Source: Squalus acanthias
Lineage: Eukaryota
Direction: 5' to 3'
NCBI GenBank assembly: GCA_030390025.1
Contig: CM059439.1
Span: forward strand, 62,310,001 to 62,374,000
DNA: 64,000 nucleotides
Shown here piece by piece: positions 50,187-62,559 of the stretch. The position numbers and the translations under genes were made by a program. How positions within the stretch are numbered: the stretch's first letter is position 1; the number at the start of each line of letters is the position of its first letter. Below the pieces are notes generated by a model. That model worked only from the letters and a program-made list of their open reading frames with translations. It did not search any database and was not told where the DNA came from.

Positions 50187-51314
50187 CTGGAAAGAGTAAC
50201 AAAAAATACCAGCTCTTAGTGAATTAAATAAACAAACGCAATAACAATCATTTATCAACCAAAAGACAGCAGAGAGAGACTGATGCTTCTTTCTATACAC
50301 TGCACACACTTGTCTTAGCATTTAATATGGGATTGATCAGCCAATGATAATGTATCATGTGAAGAAGAAAAAAAACACTTCAATCTAGGGTGAATCACTG
50401 CGATCAATATAAATGACTGGTTCAGTCTAACAACTTTGACTAATTGAAAGTAAAAATCAAGTTTACACAAAATGGTTATACACTCTGGGTTAGACACTAT
50501 CCTTTCACCTCCGTGACCTTGGTCAGGGGAGGGGGTCCTGCCGCGATCGGGGGGAAAGAGAGTCAGGGACAAGGGAGGCCCACCAGGAGTTCTCTCAAAA
50601 GGAACTGTAAAAAATGTCCTTGGCCTCTTCTGGCCAGTCGCCGCCTCCTGCTGTGGTTCGACTGTCAGGTTCCGCACAGTGTGGGACTCCCCGACTCCAC
50701 ATTAAAATCACGTCGCAAACATCAATAACGTCACTAGTCCGCAAGTATTGAATTTAATGAAGGCCCTGCCTGCCTGTAATGGGAGCCTCAGCTGACTTGA
50801 AAGTTGGCGAAGATGAAATGATGCCAGGCGGGAACAGAGTGACCTCAGGCCAGTAAATAGACTTGGTCTAATCTTAACGCCTCCCTCGTGGGGCCACAGT
50901 TAGACCATAGGTTGCACAGTTCAGCATCTGAGGTACAGTTTTCACCTCACTATTTTCTCCATATATGGGCATCCAATATCACGCTATCCATTTGAAATTT
51001 TGGTATTTCTAATTTTCTGAACAACTGCACATAGTAGAAAGTTATTCCATGTTGCCATGACAACCTCAGGACTCTGTACTGCCATGGCATCATAAGAATA
51101 TGTATATTTAGAAATGTGTCATTATCACTGCACATCCTGCACCTCAAGAGTGCTCCCAACTTTGTCAAGACTATTTCAGGTATCCTGCTACAGTGCACTA
51201 TGTAGTTATGGGACATGGGTCTGTGCTCACGATTCCCCACATAACCATACTTCCCGACAGCATTCCCTTGCATGCTTCTTGTTCATCAGAAAAAACCTGA
51301 CGAAAAGCTTTGCG

Positions 51315-51710
51315 CAGAATTACATAGAATTTACAGCACAGAAACAGGCCATTCGGCCCAACTGGTCTGTGCCGGTGTGTATGCTCCACACGAGCCTCCT
51401 CCCACCCTACTTCTTCTAACCCTATCGACATATCCTTCTATTCCTTTCTGCCTCATGTACATATCTAGCTTCCCCTTAAATGCATCTATGCTATTTGCCT
51501 CAACTACTCCATGTGGTAGCAAGTTCCACATTCTAACCACTCTCTAGGGGAAAGAAGTTTCTCCTGAGTTCCTTATTGGATTTATTAGTGACTATCTTAT
51601 ATTTATGAGCACTAGTTTTGGACTACCCCACAAGTAGAAACATCTTCTCCACGTCTACCCTATCGAACCCCTTCATAATTTTAAAGGCCTCGATTAGGTC
51701 ACACCTCAGC
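51315..51710 (-). mobile_element. CR1 3' fragment
   Basis: VRMWNLLPHGVVEANSIDAFKGKLD; same subfamily as 30830-31110, 33560-33915 and 56035-56400. Confidence 0.88.
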
Positions 51711-52007
51711 CTTAATTTTCTAGGCTTTCTTGATCAATACCCTACAGCCAGTCATGCCGTAAAGGTGGGCCGAAGGGATAGGGAGCAGCAAATCTGCCAT
51801 AGACCACAGGCAAGGGAAGGCAGGCTGTTGATGATCCTTGGGCAATATCATCAGTATTACTGAACTGGTAGATGACATGGGTAGAATAATCTCTGTTCCA
51901 CTGTCCCCAGCCTCCTCAAGGCACTGGTATTCATACAAGTTATACCTATACTAACAGTCAGTGTTGGGCACCACGAATGGAAGGTTAAGATGCAAGGATA
52001 AAAAATC

Positions 52008-53280
52008 ACGGGATTGGGGGTAATATTCTGGCATGGATAGAGGATTGGCTATCTAACAGAAAGCAAAGAGTTGGGATAAATGGTTCATTCTCAGACTGGC
52101 AATCAGTAACTAGTGGTGTTCCACAGGGGTCAGTGCTGGGTCCCCAACTCTTCACAATCTATATTAACGATTTGGAGGAAGGGACCAAGTGTAACATATC
52201 AAAATTTGCAGATGATACAAAGATGGGAGGGAAAGTAGTGAGTGAGGAGGACATAAAAAACCTGCAAGGGGACATAGACAGGCTAAGTAAGTGGGCAGAG
52301 ATTTGGCAGATGGAATACAACACTGGAAAGTGTGAGGTGATGCACTTTGGCAGGAAAAATCCTAGAGCAATTTATTATCTTAATGGCAAGAAACTGGAGA
52401 GTACTGAAGTGCAAAGGGATCTGGGGGTCCTGGTGCACGAAACTCAAAAGGTTAGTATGCAGGTGCAGCAAGTGATTAAGAAGGCAAATGGAATGTTGGC
52501 TTTCATTGCTAGGGGGATAGAATATAAAAATAGGGAGGTATTGCTTCAGTTGTACAAGGTATTAGTGAGACCGCACCTGGAATACTGCATACAGTTTTGG
52601 TGTCCTTACTTAAGGAAAGACATCCTTGCTCTCGAGGCAGTGCAAAAAAGGTTCACTCGGTTAATCCCGGGGATGAGGGGGTGGTCATATGAGGAGAGGT
52701 TGGGTAGATTGGGACTCTACTCATTGGAGTTCAGAAGAATGAGAGGCGATCTTATTGAAACATATAAGATTGTGAAGGGGTTGGATCGGGTGGATGCGGG
52801 GAGGATGTTCCCGATGACGGGTGAGACGAGAACCAGGGGACATAGTCTTAGAATAAGGGGCTGCTCTTTCAAAACTGAGATGAGGAGGAACTACTTCACT
52901 CAGAGGGTGGTAGGTCCATGGAATATGCTGCCACAAAAAGCTGTAGAAGCTACAACATTAATTAAATTTAAAACAGAAATAGACAGTTTCCTAGAAGTAA
53001 AGGGCATTAAGGGTTACGGGGAGTGGGCAGGAATTTGGACATGAGTCTAGGTTCGGATCGGTCATGGCCCTGTGGGTAGTGGAGCGGGCCCAGGGACTGT
53101 GTAGCCTGATTCTGCTCCTATTTCGTGTGTGCAATTCTGTTAGATGCAGGAGATGGTTCTGTGATAGATAGTAGATTGGCGGTTAGGATCAGATCAGCCA
53201 TGATCTTATTGAATGGCGGAGCAGGCTCGAGGGGCCGATTGGCCTACTCCTGCTCCTATTTCTTATGTTCTTATGTTCTT
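52008..53280 (+). mobile_element. Relatively young CR1, RT C-terminal part and 3' UTR
   Basis: Uninterrupted 303-aa ORF preceded by GVPQGSV, containing KFADDTK and RPHLEYCIQFW; ttcttatgttcttatgttctt tail. Confidence 0.95.
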
Positions 53281-53291
53281 ACTAGTTCGAG

Positions 53292-54425
53292 CATAAGAAA
53301 TAGGAGCAGGAGTAGGCCATTCTGCCCCTTGAGCCTGCTCTGCCATTCAATAAGATCATGGTTGATCTTCTACCTCAACTCCACTTTCCTGCACTATCCC
53401 CATATCCCTTGATTCCCTTAATATCCAAAAATCTATCGATCTCGGTCTTAAATATACTCAATGCCTGAGCCTCCACAGCCCTCTGGGGTCGAGAATTCCA
53501 AAGATTCGCCACCCTCTGAGTGAAGAAATTTCTCATCTCATCTCAGTCCTAAATGGCCGACCCCTTATTCTGAGACTGTGACCCCTGGTTCTAGACTTCC
53601 CAGCCAGGGGAAACATCCTCCCTGCATCTACCCTGTCAAGCCCTGTAAGAATTTTATATGTTTCAATGAGATCACCTCTCATTCTTCTAAACGCTAGAGA
53701 ATATAAGCCTAGTCTACTCAATCTCTCCTCATAGGACAATCCCCCCAGCCCAGGAATCAGTCTGGTGAACCTTTGTTGCACTCCCTCTATGGCAAGTATA
53801 TCCTTCCTTAGGTAAGGAGACCAAAACTATACACAATACTCCAGCTGTGGTCTCACCAGGGCCCTATATAATTGCAGTAAGACATCTTTACTCTTATACT
53901 CAAATCCTCTTGTAATAAAGGCCAACATACCATTTGCTTTCCTAATTGCTTGCTGTATCTGCTTGTTAACTTTGTGATTCGTGTACAAGGACACCCAGGT
54001 CCCTCTGAACATCAACATTTCCCAATCGCTCACCATTTTAAAAAATACTCTGCTTTTCTATTTTTCTACCAAAGTGGATAACTTCACATTTCTCCACATT
54101 ATATTCCATTTGCCATTTTCTTGCCCACTCACTTAGCCTGTCTATATCCCCTTGAAGCCTCTTCGCATCCTCCTCATAACCTACATTCCCACCCAGATTT
54201 GTATCATCAGCAAACTTGGATATATTACATTTGGTCCCCTCATCCAAATCATTGATATAGATTGTGAATAGCTGAGGCCCAAGCACTGAGCCTTGCGGGA
54301 CCCCACTAGTTATAGCCTGCCAACCCGAAAATGACCTGTTTATTCCTACTCTCAGCTTTCTGTCCGTTAACCAATCCTCAATCCATGCTAGTATATTACC
54401 CCCAATTCCATGAGCACTCATTTGC
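53292..54425 (-). mobile_element. CR1, tail-to-tail with the preceding element
   Basis: SGVPQGSVLGPQLF and KFADDTNLGG; cataagaaataggagcagg tail. Confidence 0.93.
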
Positions 54426-54917
54426 TCTACAGAATCCACTCAAATCCCTGCGCTTGGGTGACATCAAACGGAGCATATGGCCGAATCTCTGATGGTGTTT
54501 GGTTGAAATGCCATGTGGTAGCATTCCAGTGGAGGTGAAAGAAGTACCATAAAAAAAGTGGCAGCTTTATCCTGCCCCATAATGACTGCTGCCCATCAAC
54601 TGTCATGACTTCACACTTAGTGCTGCAGATGAATCCTGTTTTCAGGAAAAGAGTATTCCCCTTCCTGGGACCTGAGTTCAAAGGCAGCCTAGGCCGATAA
54701 GATGAACAAGTCTCTTCCCAGTATTGGCTGTAAGAAATCTGTGTGAAATGCAGTGTATAGGGCTTCACTCTGGGGTCTAATTGTACGATATCTGGCCAGC
54801 AGTAGTTGATGTGGACATTTGATGTCCAAACTTGAAAGTGTTCCATTCCTCTGCATTAATACAAAAAACATAGAGGTATATTCAAAATGTAAGGCAAATA
54901 TCACCACAGTCACCTAC

Positions 54918-54989
54918 CTATTGGAATGACAATTCCCACAATGGCTTTAGTCGAACTCGACTTCTTGCTGTCTCCTTGATTGTCTGCTG
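54918..54989 (-). CDS. LRP8: LRP8 exon, juxtamembrane and start of transmembrane helix
   Basis: Translates SADNQGDSKKSSSTKAIVGIVIPI; donor G|GTAGGT; triple tandem acceptor CAGCAGCAG (starts 54989/54986/54983). Confidence 0.88.
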   Translation of the reverse strand, partial: QQTIKETARSRVRLKPLWELSFQ

Positions 54990-55680
54990 CTGGAAGATAG
55001 AAAACCGCATTTATGTTACAAGCTGGTGCTTGAATGTTAGAGCATTCTGCTGTGAACAAACAGTGCAGCGTGAGGAGCAAAAGAGCCCAGGTCCAAGATG
55101 GAGCGGGGGGGGGGGGGGCCTCATTTCCCCAATACTGCTGAGCGCCTCATCTCAGCTGTATTTTTGAGAAACCTAGGTGAAGACCCATTCTCTAGAGTAG
55201 GAGAGAAGAGTGGATAGGCAACACCAAGCTTGGATTTTAAAAGCTCTGTCTTGTACATTGTAGGAAGATTGAAGGAGGTAAATAGCTCGAGTTTTGGGGT
55301 ATGGGGGAGGAATAGAAGAGCAGAGCAATGAAAAGTCAGGTAAGGAGGGAGGGAGAGATATTGATTAATGGAATGTGACAGTGGAGTAGAGAGAGGGAAA
55401 GCGAGAGTGCAAAATGAGGTCTGGCTACCATCACATGACACTGGAGCATCCTTGAGAGGTGGTGATGTTAATACTCCAAGTGATGTTGCAATATGATCAG
55501 ATTAGGCCATCAAAAAGGGAGTGGGATGCCAGTCACCCCCAGCCTGTCCTTGGCCACCTCCCATCTGCCTGCTCCGAATTGCATGATGGAGGCTCGGAGC
55601 AAGTCATCTGCCTCTCCTTGGCAGTGGAGCATATGCTGCAGAAAAATACTTGAGGAAGAGCTTTGCATTGCAAGACTCAC

Positions 55681-55893
55681 ATCGCTGTGAGGAACTGTTA
55701 CTGTGGATCGAATTGTCTTCATCAGTGTTGCCGGCATCAATGGGGAAGAGCCATCGTGGGTCTCCTGTGGTGATACCAATCAGAAGCGTTGCACTAGCTG
55801 TGGTGGCTGTATCGGCAGGGAGCCCTGTACTGGAGGAAGCTGTGCCAGGCGGGTTACCGCTGGTCACCGAGGGGGCAGTCGGAAGCTCTCCAG
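55681..55893 (-). CDS. LRP8: LRP8 exon, Ser/Thr-rich O-linked sugar domain
   Basis: ttttcaaaacAG acceptor, T|GTGAGT donor, 213 nt, phase 1/1. Translates AGELPTAPSVTSGNPPGTASSSTGLPADTATTASAT...HSNSSSQR, at the expected position between the EGF-C and TM exons. Confidence 0.85.
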
Positions 55894-56034
55894 CTGTTTT
55901 GAAAAGAAAACACACAGAACCAGAGACTATGAAACTGCAGCCTAAACGTTAAAGAGTTTAAAGTGACCTAACTGCACAAGGCAGCAATACCCCAGGTCCA
56001 GATAGAAGGGCTGGATTTACAAGAGACATGAAAT

Positions 56035-56560
56035 ACATAGAATGTACAGCACAGAAACAGGCCATTCGGCTCAACTGGTCCATGCCAGCATTTATGCTCC
56101 ACACGAGCCTCCTCCCTCCCCTCTTCATCGAACCCTATCGACATATCCTTCTATCCCTTTCTCCCTCATGTAATTATCTCGCTTTCCCCTAAATGCATCT
56201 TTGCTATTCGCCTCAACTGCTCTTTGTGATAGCAAGTTCCACATTCTAACCACTCTCTGGGTAAAGAAATTTCGCCTATATTCCCTATTGGATTTATTAG
56301 TGGTCCCTATTTTGGTCTCCCCCCACAAGTGGAAACATCTTCTCTACGTCTACCCTATCAAACTCTTGTATAACTTTAAAGATCTCTATCAGGTCACCCC
56401 TCAGCAATGTTTCAGGGAACCTGCACAGCTGGCTTTTCAATGTAAAAACCTCGCTTGCGCACTATTTTGAATGGCCCTTAAAGGGGCTGCGTAGCGCCAA
56501 AATAAAATTACAGGAACATTGCCCCTCAGTTTTCTCTTTTCTAGAGAAAAGAGCCACAGC
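56035..56560 (-). mobile_element. CR1 3' fragment with nested hAT MITE (56405-56521)
   Basis: RNFFTQRVVRMWN; MITE TIRs CAATGTT / AACATTG with perfect 8-bp TSD cccctcag (56397-56404, 56522-56529). Confidence 0.85.
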
Positions 56561-56642
56561 CTGTGAAGAAATTCTGTCTTTGAAGTGATGAAAAATATCT
56601 CTGAATCCATAAAAAATTCATAAGCAGAAAGGACACACATAC

Positions 56643-56795
56643 CTCTGTAACACTTTCTCATACCGTGACCAAGTTCCATGTTGTCAGGGCAAACGCACGT
56701 GTATCTTGGAGAGTGGGTGCTGATTTGGGGAGCAGGTAAGCACAGGTACTGGCATCCTCCGTTTGGTGTAACACCATGTGCACAAAAGTTTACAA
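56643..56795 (-). CDS. LRP8: LRP8 exon, EGF-like repeat C
   Basis: AG/GT bounded, 153 nt. Translates [50 protein letters not shown] (six Cys). Confidence 0.95.
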
Positions 56796-56911
56796 CTATT
56801 TAAAGAAGAAAAACCTTTCAGGTTTAAAATCTGGACAAACGCAAAATAAAAGCTCAATAATTAAGTACAAGTTTCAGGTTTAGACTGTAAGCAGATCCTG
56901 ATGGGAGTTAC

Positions 56912-57053
56912 CTTTGGGCTGTTTTAGTTCATGGAGAATGACAATATCATGTAGATTGTTCAGATTATTTGCGAGTGACATCACATCTCCCCCAGTCAGT
57001 CTATTTGCACAGTAAATAGTGTCACGCTCATTGTCAGTCCAGTAAATCTTGTC
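56912..57053 (-). CDS. LRP8: LRP8 exon, YWTD propeller end
   Basis: AG/GT bounded, 142 nt. Translates DKIYWTDNERDTIYCANRLTGGDVMSLANNLNNLHDIVILHELKQPK. Confidence 0.95.
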
Positions 57054-58214
57054 CTGTAACAGCAAAAGAAAATAATGATATACGCTGTAAGCAGTTAAAA
57101 GAAATGGCTGTGAGGGGTGAACATCAAATGTGTTTGAATAGTGAGGTTTTGTTAAGACTGCTGATATATACTGCTGTACTTGCAACCTGTGACTCTGTGT
57201 TGGCTTCCCTTCACTGCTCGCTTGTCAAACTGAAAACACCGGTGTTATGGTGCTGGAATGTTTTGGTTGTGACTTTCTCTTTAATGTTGAAGGCCGACAC
57301 CTTATGGATCTGACAGGTACAGGCCAAGTTCTAATTTGAAGCCTTGCAGTGTACTTGTGATGATGCGGCTGGCAACCGCACCGTGTTCAGCTCAAGTACT
57401 GCGCTTGGCCACAGTGTCAAAGGTTTAAATTGTAACCTGGTCTTTGCCCGTCATATTTATGAAGTGCTGGTATTTCATATTCAGGCAAAAGCAACAGGAA
57501 AAAAAAATCGTTGTTACATCAAAAACTAGTGGTGCAACACCAAATTTGATTTAAATTTCACAAGTAAACAGTGCGTGGGAGGTGATCACAGAACCACACC
57601 ACTCCTGGCGCATGATTTGGAATCAATACACCCAATTCTACTCTATAATGGAGTTCTCCGAGGCTACAGCGTACAAAGGAAAAAAGAACACATTGGGGCA
57701 CTGGAAAATGCCCTTGGATTGGGGATAGGAGGGGATGGGGAGTGAGGAAGGAAATAGGGCAAAGCCAGGGTTCCTGTTTCTCATTGCCATTCAAGTGTCA
57801 CTTACTGGAATGTTCACCTATGTAGATGTTGAAGGAGGACAGGCTTGGGCTAGACTGTGATGCTCTCCACAGTCAAATATCCTGCTGTCTAGGCTCACAC
57901 ATTAATAATGGTCATTCGACAAGGTATTGGAGAGTGGTCAACAATTACCCCAGAATGAGTCAGTGCTTCAGGGTAGGGGTACTGAGCAGAGAAAACAAAG
58001 TCTGGACCCAGGTAAGCGCCATGCCTCATGTCCAGTGAGATAAGTCTAGCCCAGTTGCAAAAGAACTGCTTAGACTGTGAATATACCTTAACTCGCAGTG
58101 ACATTGCAGAAAATGACAACATACAAAGAAACACCCATCCAAACACAAAGTTTTGGTACTGAATGAAACTAAGAAATTGTGCGTTTTGCAATTACTTTGG
58201 CATCAACTACAACA

Positions 58215-60707
58215 CTATTTTAGATCTAGTATTGTGCAATGAGAAAGGGTTAATTAATAACCTTGTAGTAAAGGGGCCTTTAGGGAAGAGTGACCATAAT
58301 ATGATTGAATTTTATATTGAGTTTGAAAGTGATTTAGTTAAATCTGAAACTAGGGTCTTAAACCTAAACAAAGCAAACTACGTAAGTATGAGGAGCGAGT
58401 TGGCTAAAGTAGATTGGGAAGCTACATTAAAACGTATGACGGTAGACAAGCAATGGCTAGCATTTAAAGAATTAATATATAATTTACAACAAATATACAT
58501 TCCTTTAAGGCACAAAAACCCCACAGGAAAAGTGGTCCAACCATGGCTAACGAGAGAAGTTAAAGATAGTATTAGATTGAAGGAAGAGGCTTATAATAGC
58601 AAAATACTGCGGATGCTGGAAATCTGAAATAACAACAGAAAGCGCTGGAAACACTCAGCATGTCAGGCAGCATCGAGGAGAGAGAAACAGAGTCAACATT
58701 TCGGGTCGAACCCTTCGTCTGAACTTATAATGTTGTCAAAAAGAGTAGTAAGCCTGAGGATTGGGAGGATTTTAGAATTCAGCAAAGGAGGACCAAGAAA
58801 TTGATAAAGAAAGGGAAAATAGAATATGAAAGTAAACTAGCGAGAGACATAAAAACAGACTTGTAAAAGCTTCTATAGGTATGTAAAAAGGAAAAGATTA
58901 GCGAAAGTAACTGTGGGTCCCTTACAGGCTGAGACAGAAGAAATTATAATGGGGAATAAGGAAATGGCAGAGAAATTAAACAAATACTTTGCGTCTATCT
59001 TCACGGAAGACACAAAAAACTTCCCGGAAATAGTGGAGAACAAAGGATCTAGCGAGAATGAGGAACTGAAAGAAATTAGTATTAGTAAAAAATTAGTACT
59101 GGAGAAATTAATGGGACTGAAAACCGATAAATCCCCATGACCTGATGGCCTACATCCTAGGGTTTTGAAAGAGGTGGCTATAGAGATAGTGGATGCATTG
59201 GTTGTCATTTTCCAAAATTCCATAGATTCTAGAACAGTTCCTGCAGATTGGAAGGTAGCAGATGTAACCCCACTATTTAAGAACAGAGGGAGAGAGAAAA
59301 TGGGGAACTACAGACCAGTTAGCCTGACATCAGTAGTAGGGAAAATGCTAGAATCTATTATTAAGGACGTGGTAACAGGGTACTTAGAAAATAATAATAG
59401 GATTGGGCAGAGTCAACATGGATTTATGAAAGGAAAATCGTATTTGACAAATCTGTTAGAGTTTTTTGAGATTGTAACTAGCAGAATAGATAAGGGGGGA
59501 ACCAGTGGATGTAGTGTATTTGGATTTTCAGAAGGCATTCGATAAGGTGCCACACAAGAGGTTATTAAACAAAATTAGGGCTCATGGGATTGGGTGTAAT
59601 ATACTAGCATGGATTGAGGATTGGTTAATGGACACAAAACAGAGAGTAGGAATAAACGGGTCATTTTTGGGTTGGCAGGCTGTAACTAGTGGGGTACCGC
59701 AAGGATCAATGCTTGTACCTCAGCTATTCACAATCTATATCAATGATTTGGATGAGGGGACCAAAAGTAATATATCCAAGTTTGCTGATGATACAAAGCT
59801 GGGTGGGAATGTAAATTGTGAGGAGGATTCAAGGGGATATAGGCAGGCTAAGTGAGTGGGCAAGAACATGGCAAATGGAATATAATGTGGAGAAATGTGA
59901 AGTTATCCAATTTGGTAGGAAAAATAGAAAAGCAGAGTATTTTTTAAAATGGTGAGAGATTGGGAAATGTTGGTGTTCAGAGGGACCTGGGTGTCCTTGT
60001 ATACGAATCACTGAAAGTTAGCATGCAGGTACAGCAAGTAATTAGGGAAGCAAATGGTATGTTGGCCTTTATAACAAGAGGATTTGAGTATAAGAGTAAA
60101 GATGTCTTACTGCAGTTATATAGGGCTTTGGTGAGACCACACCTGGAGTATTGTGTACAGTTTTGGTCTCCTTACCGAAGGAAGGATATACTTGCCATAG
60201 AGGGAGTGCAACGAAGGTTCACCAGACTGATTCCTGGGATGGGGGGGGGGGGGGATTGTCCTATGAGGAGAGATTGAGTAAACTAGGCCTATATTCGCTA
60301 GCGTTTAGAAGAATGAGAGGTGATCTCATTGAAACATACAACATTATTACAGGGCTTGACAGGGTAGCTGCAGGGAGGATGTTTCCCCTGGCTGGGGAGT
60401 CTAGAACCAGGGGTCACAGTCTCAGAATAAGGGGTCGGCCATTTAGGACTGAGATGAGGAGAAATTTCTTCACTCAGAGGGCGGTGAATCTTTGCAATTC
60501 TCTACCCCAGAGGGCTGTGGAGGCTCAGTCGTTGAGTATATTCAAGACAGAGATCGATAGATTTTTGAATATTAAGGGAATCAAGGGATATGGGGATAGT
60601 GCAGGAAAGTGGAGATGAGGTAGAAGATCAAGCATGATCTTATTGAATGGTGGAGCAGGCTCGAAGGGCCAAATGGCCTACTCCTGCTCCTATTTCTTAT
60701 GTTCTTA
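58215..60707 (+). mobile_element. Long CR1 ORF2 remnant (endonuclease end to 3' tail) with a nested Penelope terminal fragment (58598-58723, TSD cttataat)
   Basis: ILDLVLCNE, LGKSDHN, GNYRPVSLTS, YLDFQKAFDKVPH, GVPQGS and FADDTK across several frameshifts. Confidence 0.95.
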
Positions 60708-60727
60708 CTCCCAGATTCAAGCCTTAC

Positions 60728-60867
60728 CTCAAACACCGTGAGTGCAGAAGGGTGACCCAGGTACTCTTCCGAAAACAGTAATGTTTTCCTATTCTCACCA
60801 TTCAGGTCGACGCTGGACAGCTCGTGCAGTTTGGAGTCAACCCAGTACAGGCGCTGGTTCAGTAAAT
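60728..60867 (-). CDS. LRP8: LRP8 exon, YWTD propeller
   Basis: AG/GT bounded, 140 nt. Translates [47 protein letters not shown]. Confidence 0.96.
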
Positions 60868-61772
60868 CTACAATCAGATACAACCCTTGAGTCACTGCAG
60901 GCTCCTCAACTCCTTCCACCAGGAACAACATGCACTCAAGTTGTGTCAAAACTAGTCTCAATCCAAAACTAACACACATTGGAGGGAATTTTAACTGCTG
61001 GTGACAGTGTAAAATAGGCGTTATCTAATCGGCTGGCCATTATACATCCCTCCTGATTTTCCTTTCCATTGAGGTTATCAATATGTCCCAAGGATAGTCA
61101 GACCAACTCCAATTTAGCCTAACTTAGTTTACTTTCTGCAAGTCCATGAATCATTGCAAAGCATTCAAATATCAGATGACCAAGTTAAAAAATTAGGAAG
61201 TTAGGAGTAAGAAGGGGAGGTCAGCTGGATTTCTTTTTCAAAAACGATCATTTATTTGATTTTGTTTCAGCAATGCCAGACCGCACACTCCAGCTGAGGG
61301 CAAAACCACAGGCTGGAGAGAGCAGATTTCTTGGAAAGGCCTTTGAAGTGGACAGTACAAATGGGCTCGAGAGACAATTTTAAGCATTCCTGCAGATAGA
61401 AAGGATTGAGGGATATAGTTAGAGGGCAGTTCGGTGGAAAAGTGATTGGCTTGTTCAGCCAACTGACCTGTTCCAGCTCTTTAAAATGCTTATATTCTTA
61501 TGAACAGCCCCTTACCCTGTATCCCATACACATAGTTCTCCTTGACTAATGGAGGTCTGCATCTGTGTTATTTAACTGTGCATTAGTTATTTGTGGAGGA
61601 TGTATTACATTTATCTTGGTCTTTTGTATATCTGCACCACAATTTTTGTGTTCACATTAAGAAAATTCTTTAAATAAAAAGGTAGGAAAATATGCCGTGT
61701 TCTGCTTTGCTTCCCCACCCCAATCTACATCAATTTCACTAAAATGTAATATATTGCTGTAACATCACCTAC

Positions 61773-61891
61773 CTAAAGTGATTCCATTTGGCCATTCAAT
61801 GTTGTCCGTGACTAGTGGCTGACGATCGACCCCGTTCAGCCCAGCTTTCTCAATCTTTGCAGGGTCACCCCAGTCAGACCAATACATGAAC
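61773..61891 (-). CDS. LRP8: LRP8 exon, YWTD propeller
   Basis: AG/GT bounded, 119 nt. Translates [39 protein letters not shown]. Confidence 0.96.
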
Positions 61892-61988
61892 CTAATTAAA
61901 CAGGACCAAAAGCTTGTGAGAGACTGGTAGCAAGACACAGCCCAAATCAATAGCACTGCATTCTGCAAGAAGCTTGATCAGTACTTAC

Positions 61989-62216
61989 CCTCGTATTGGG
62001 TCAACCGAGATGGCTCTGGGCTTCTCGAGCTCAGTATTGATGAGGGTCTTTCTTTTGGTTCCATCTGCAGTTGCCATGGAGATAGACCTGGTGCCAGAGT
62101 CCGTCCAGTATATGTTTTTGTGAACCCAATCTATTGCTAGGCACTCGGGAGTATGGAGGTCATGCTCGATCAGGTGAATATGCTGGTTTGGATCACTGGC
62201 TTTATCCAAAGGGGCA
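61989..62216 (-). CDS. LRP8: LRP8/ApoER2 exon, YWTD beta-propeller (gene starts beyond window end)
   Basis: AG/GT bounded, 228 nt. Translates APLDKASDPNQHIHLIEHDLHTPECLAIDWVHKNIYWTDSG...PRAISVDPIRG; DKASDP is LRP8-like rather than VLDLR/LDLR. Confidence 0.95.
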
Positions 62217-62559
62217 CTGCATCACAGATCATGGAACAAGTGTTTAGATCAATGTTACAATACTGTCCAAGTTAACCCAAGAGTAGTATTTATGCCCTAT
62301 TTGTAAACCATTTCCAAATATATAACCAATCAAGGTGAGCAATTAAGATAATTCCAGGTGTCGGGAATCTAAGTTATGAGAAAAGGTGACGGAAGATGGC
62401 CGCACGTTCCTTGGGAAAGGAGATACTGAAATTCCTGCTCATGACTAGTATCTAGTGACTCTGATGGGAAATTCAGCTGTGTGGACATTGGGTGAGGAAA
62501 GGATTACAACAGTCTCATAGGGTCTACAAGTCTACCGTTGGGGTAAGGGAGCTGGATTT

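Noticed and set aside
43638-62216. VLDLR or LDLR assignment for the minus-strand gene
   Set aside because: [18 protein letters not shown] and the RVALS.EDDGLP terminus are LRP8 features.
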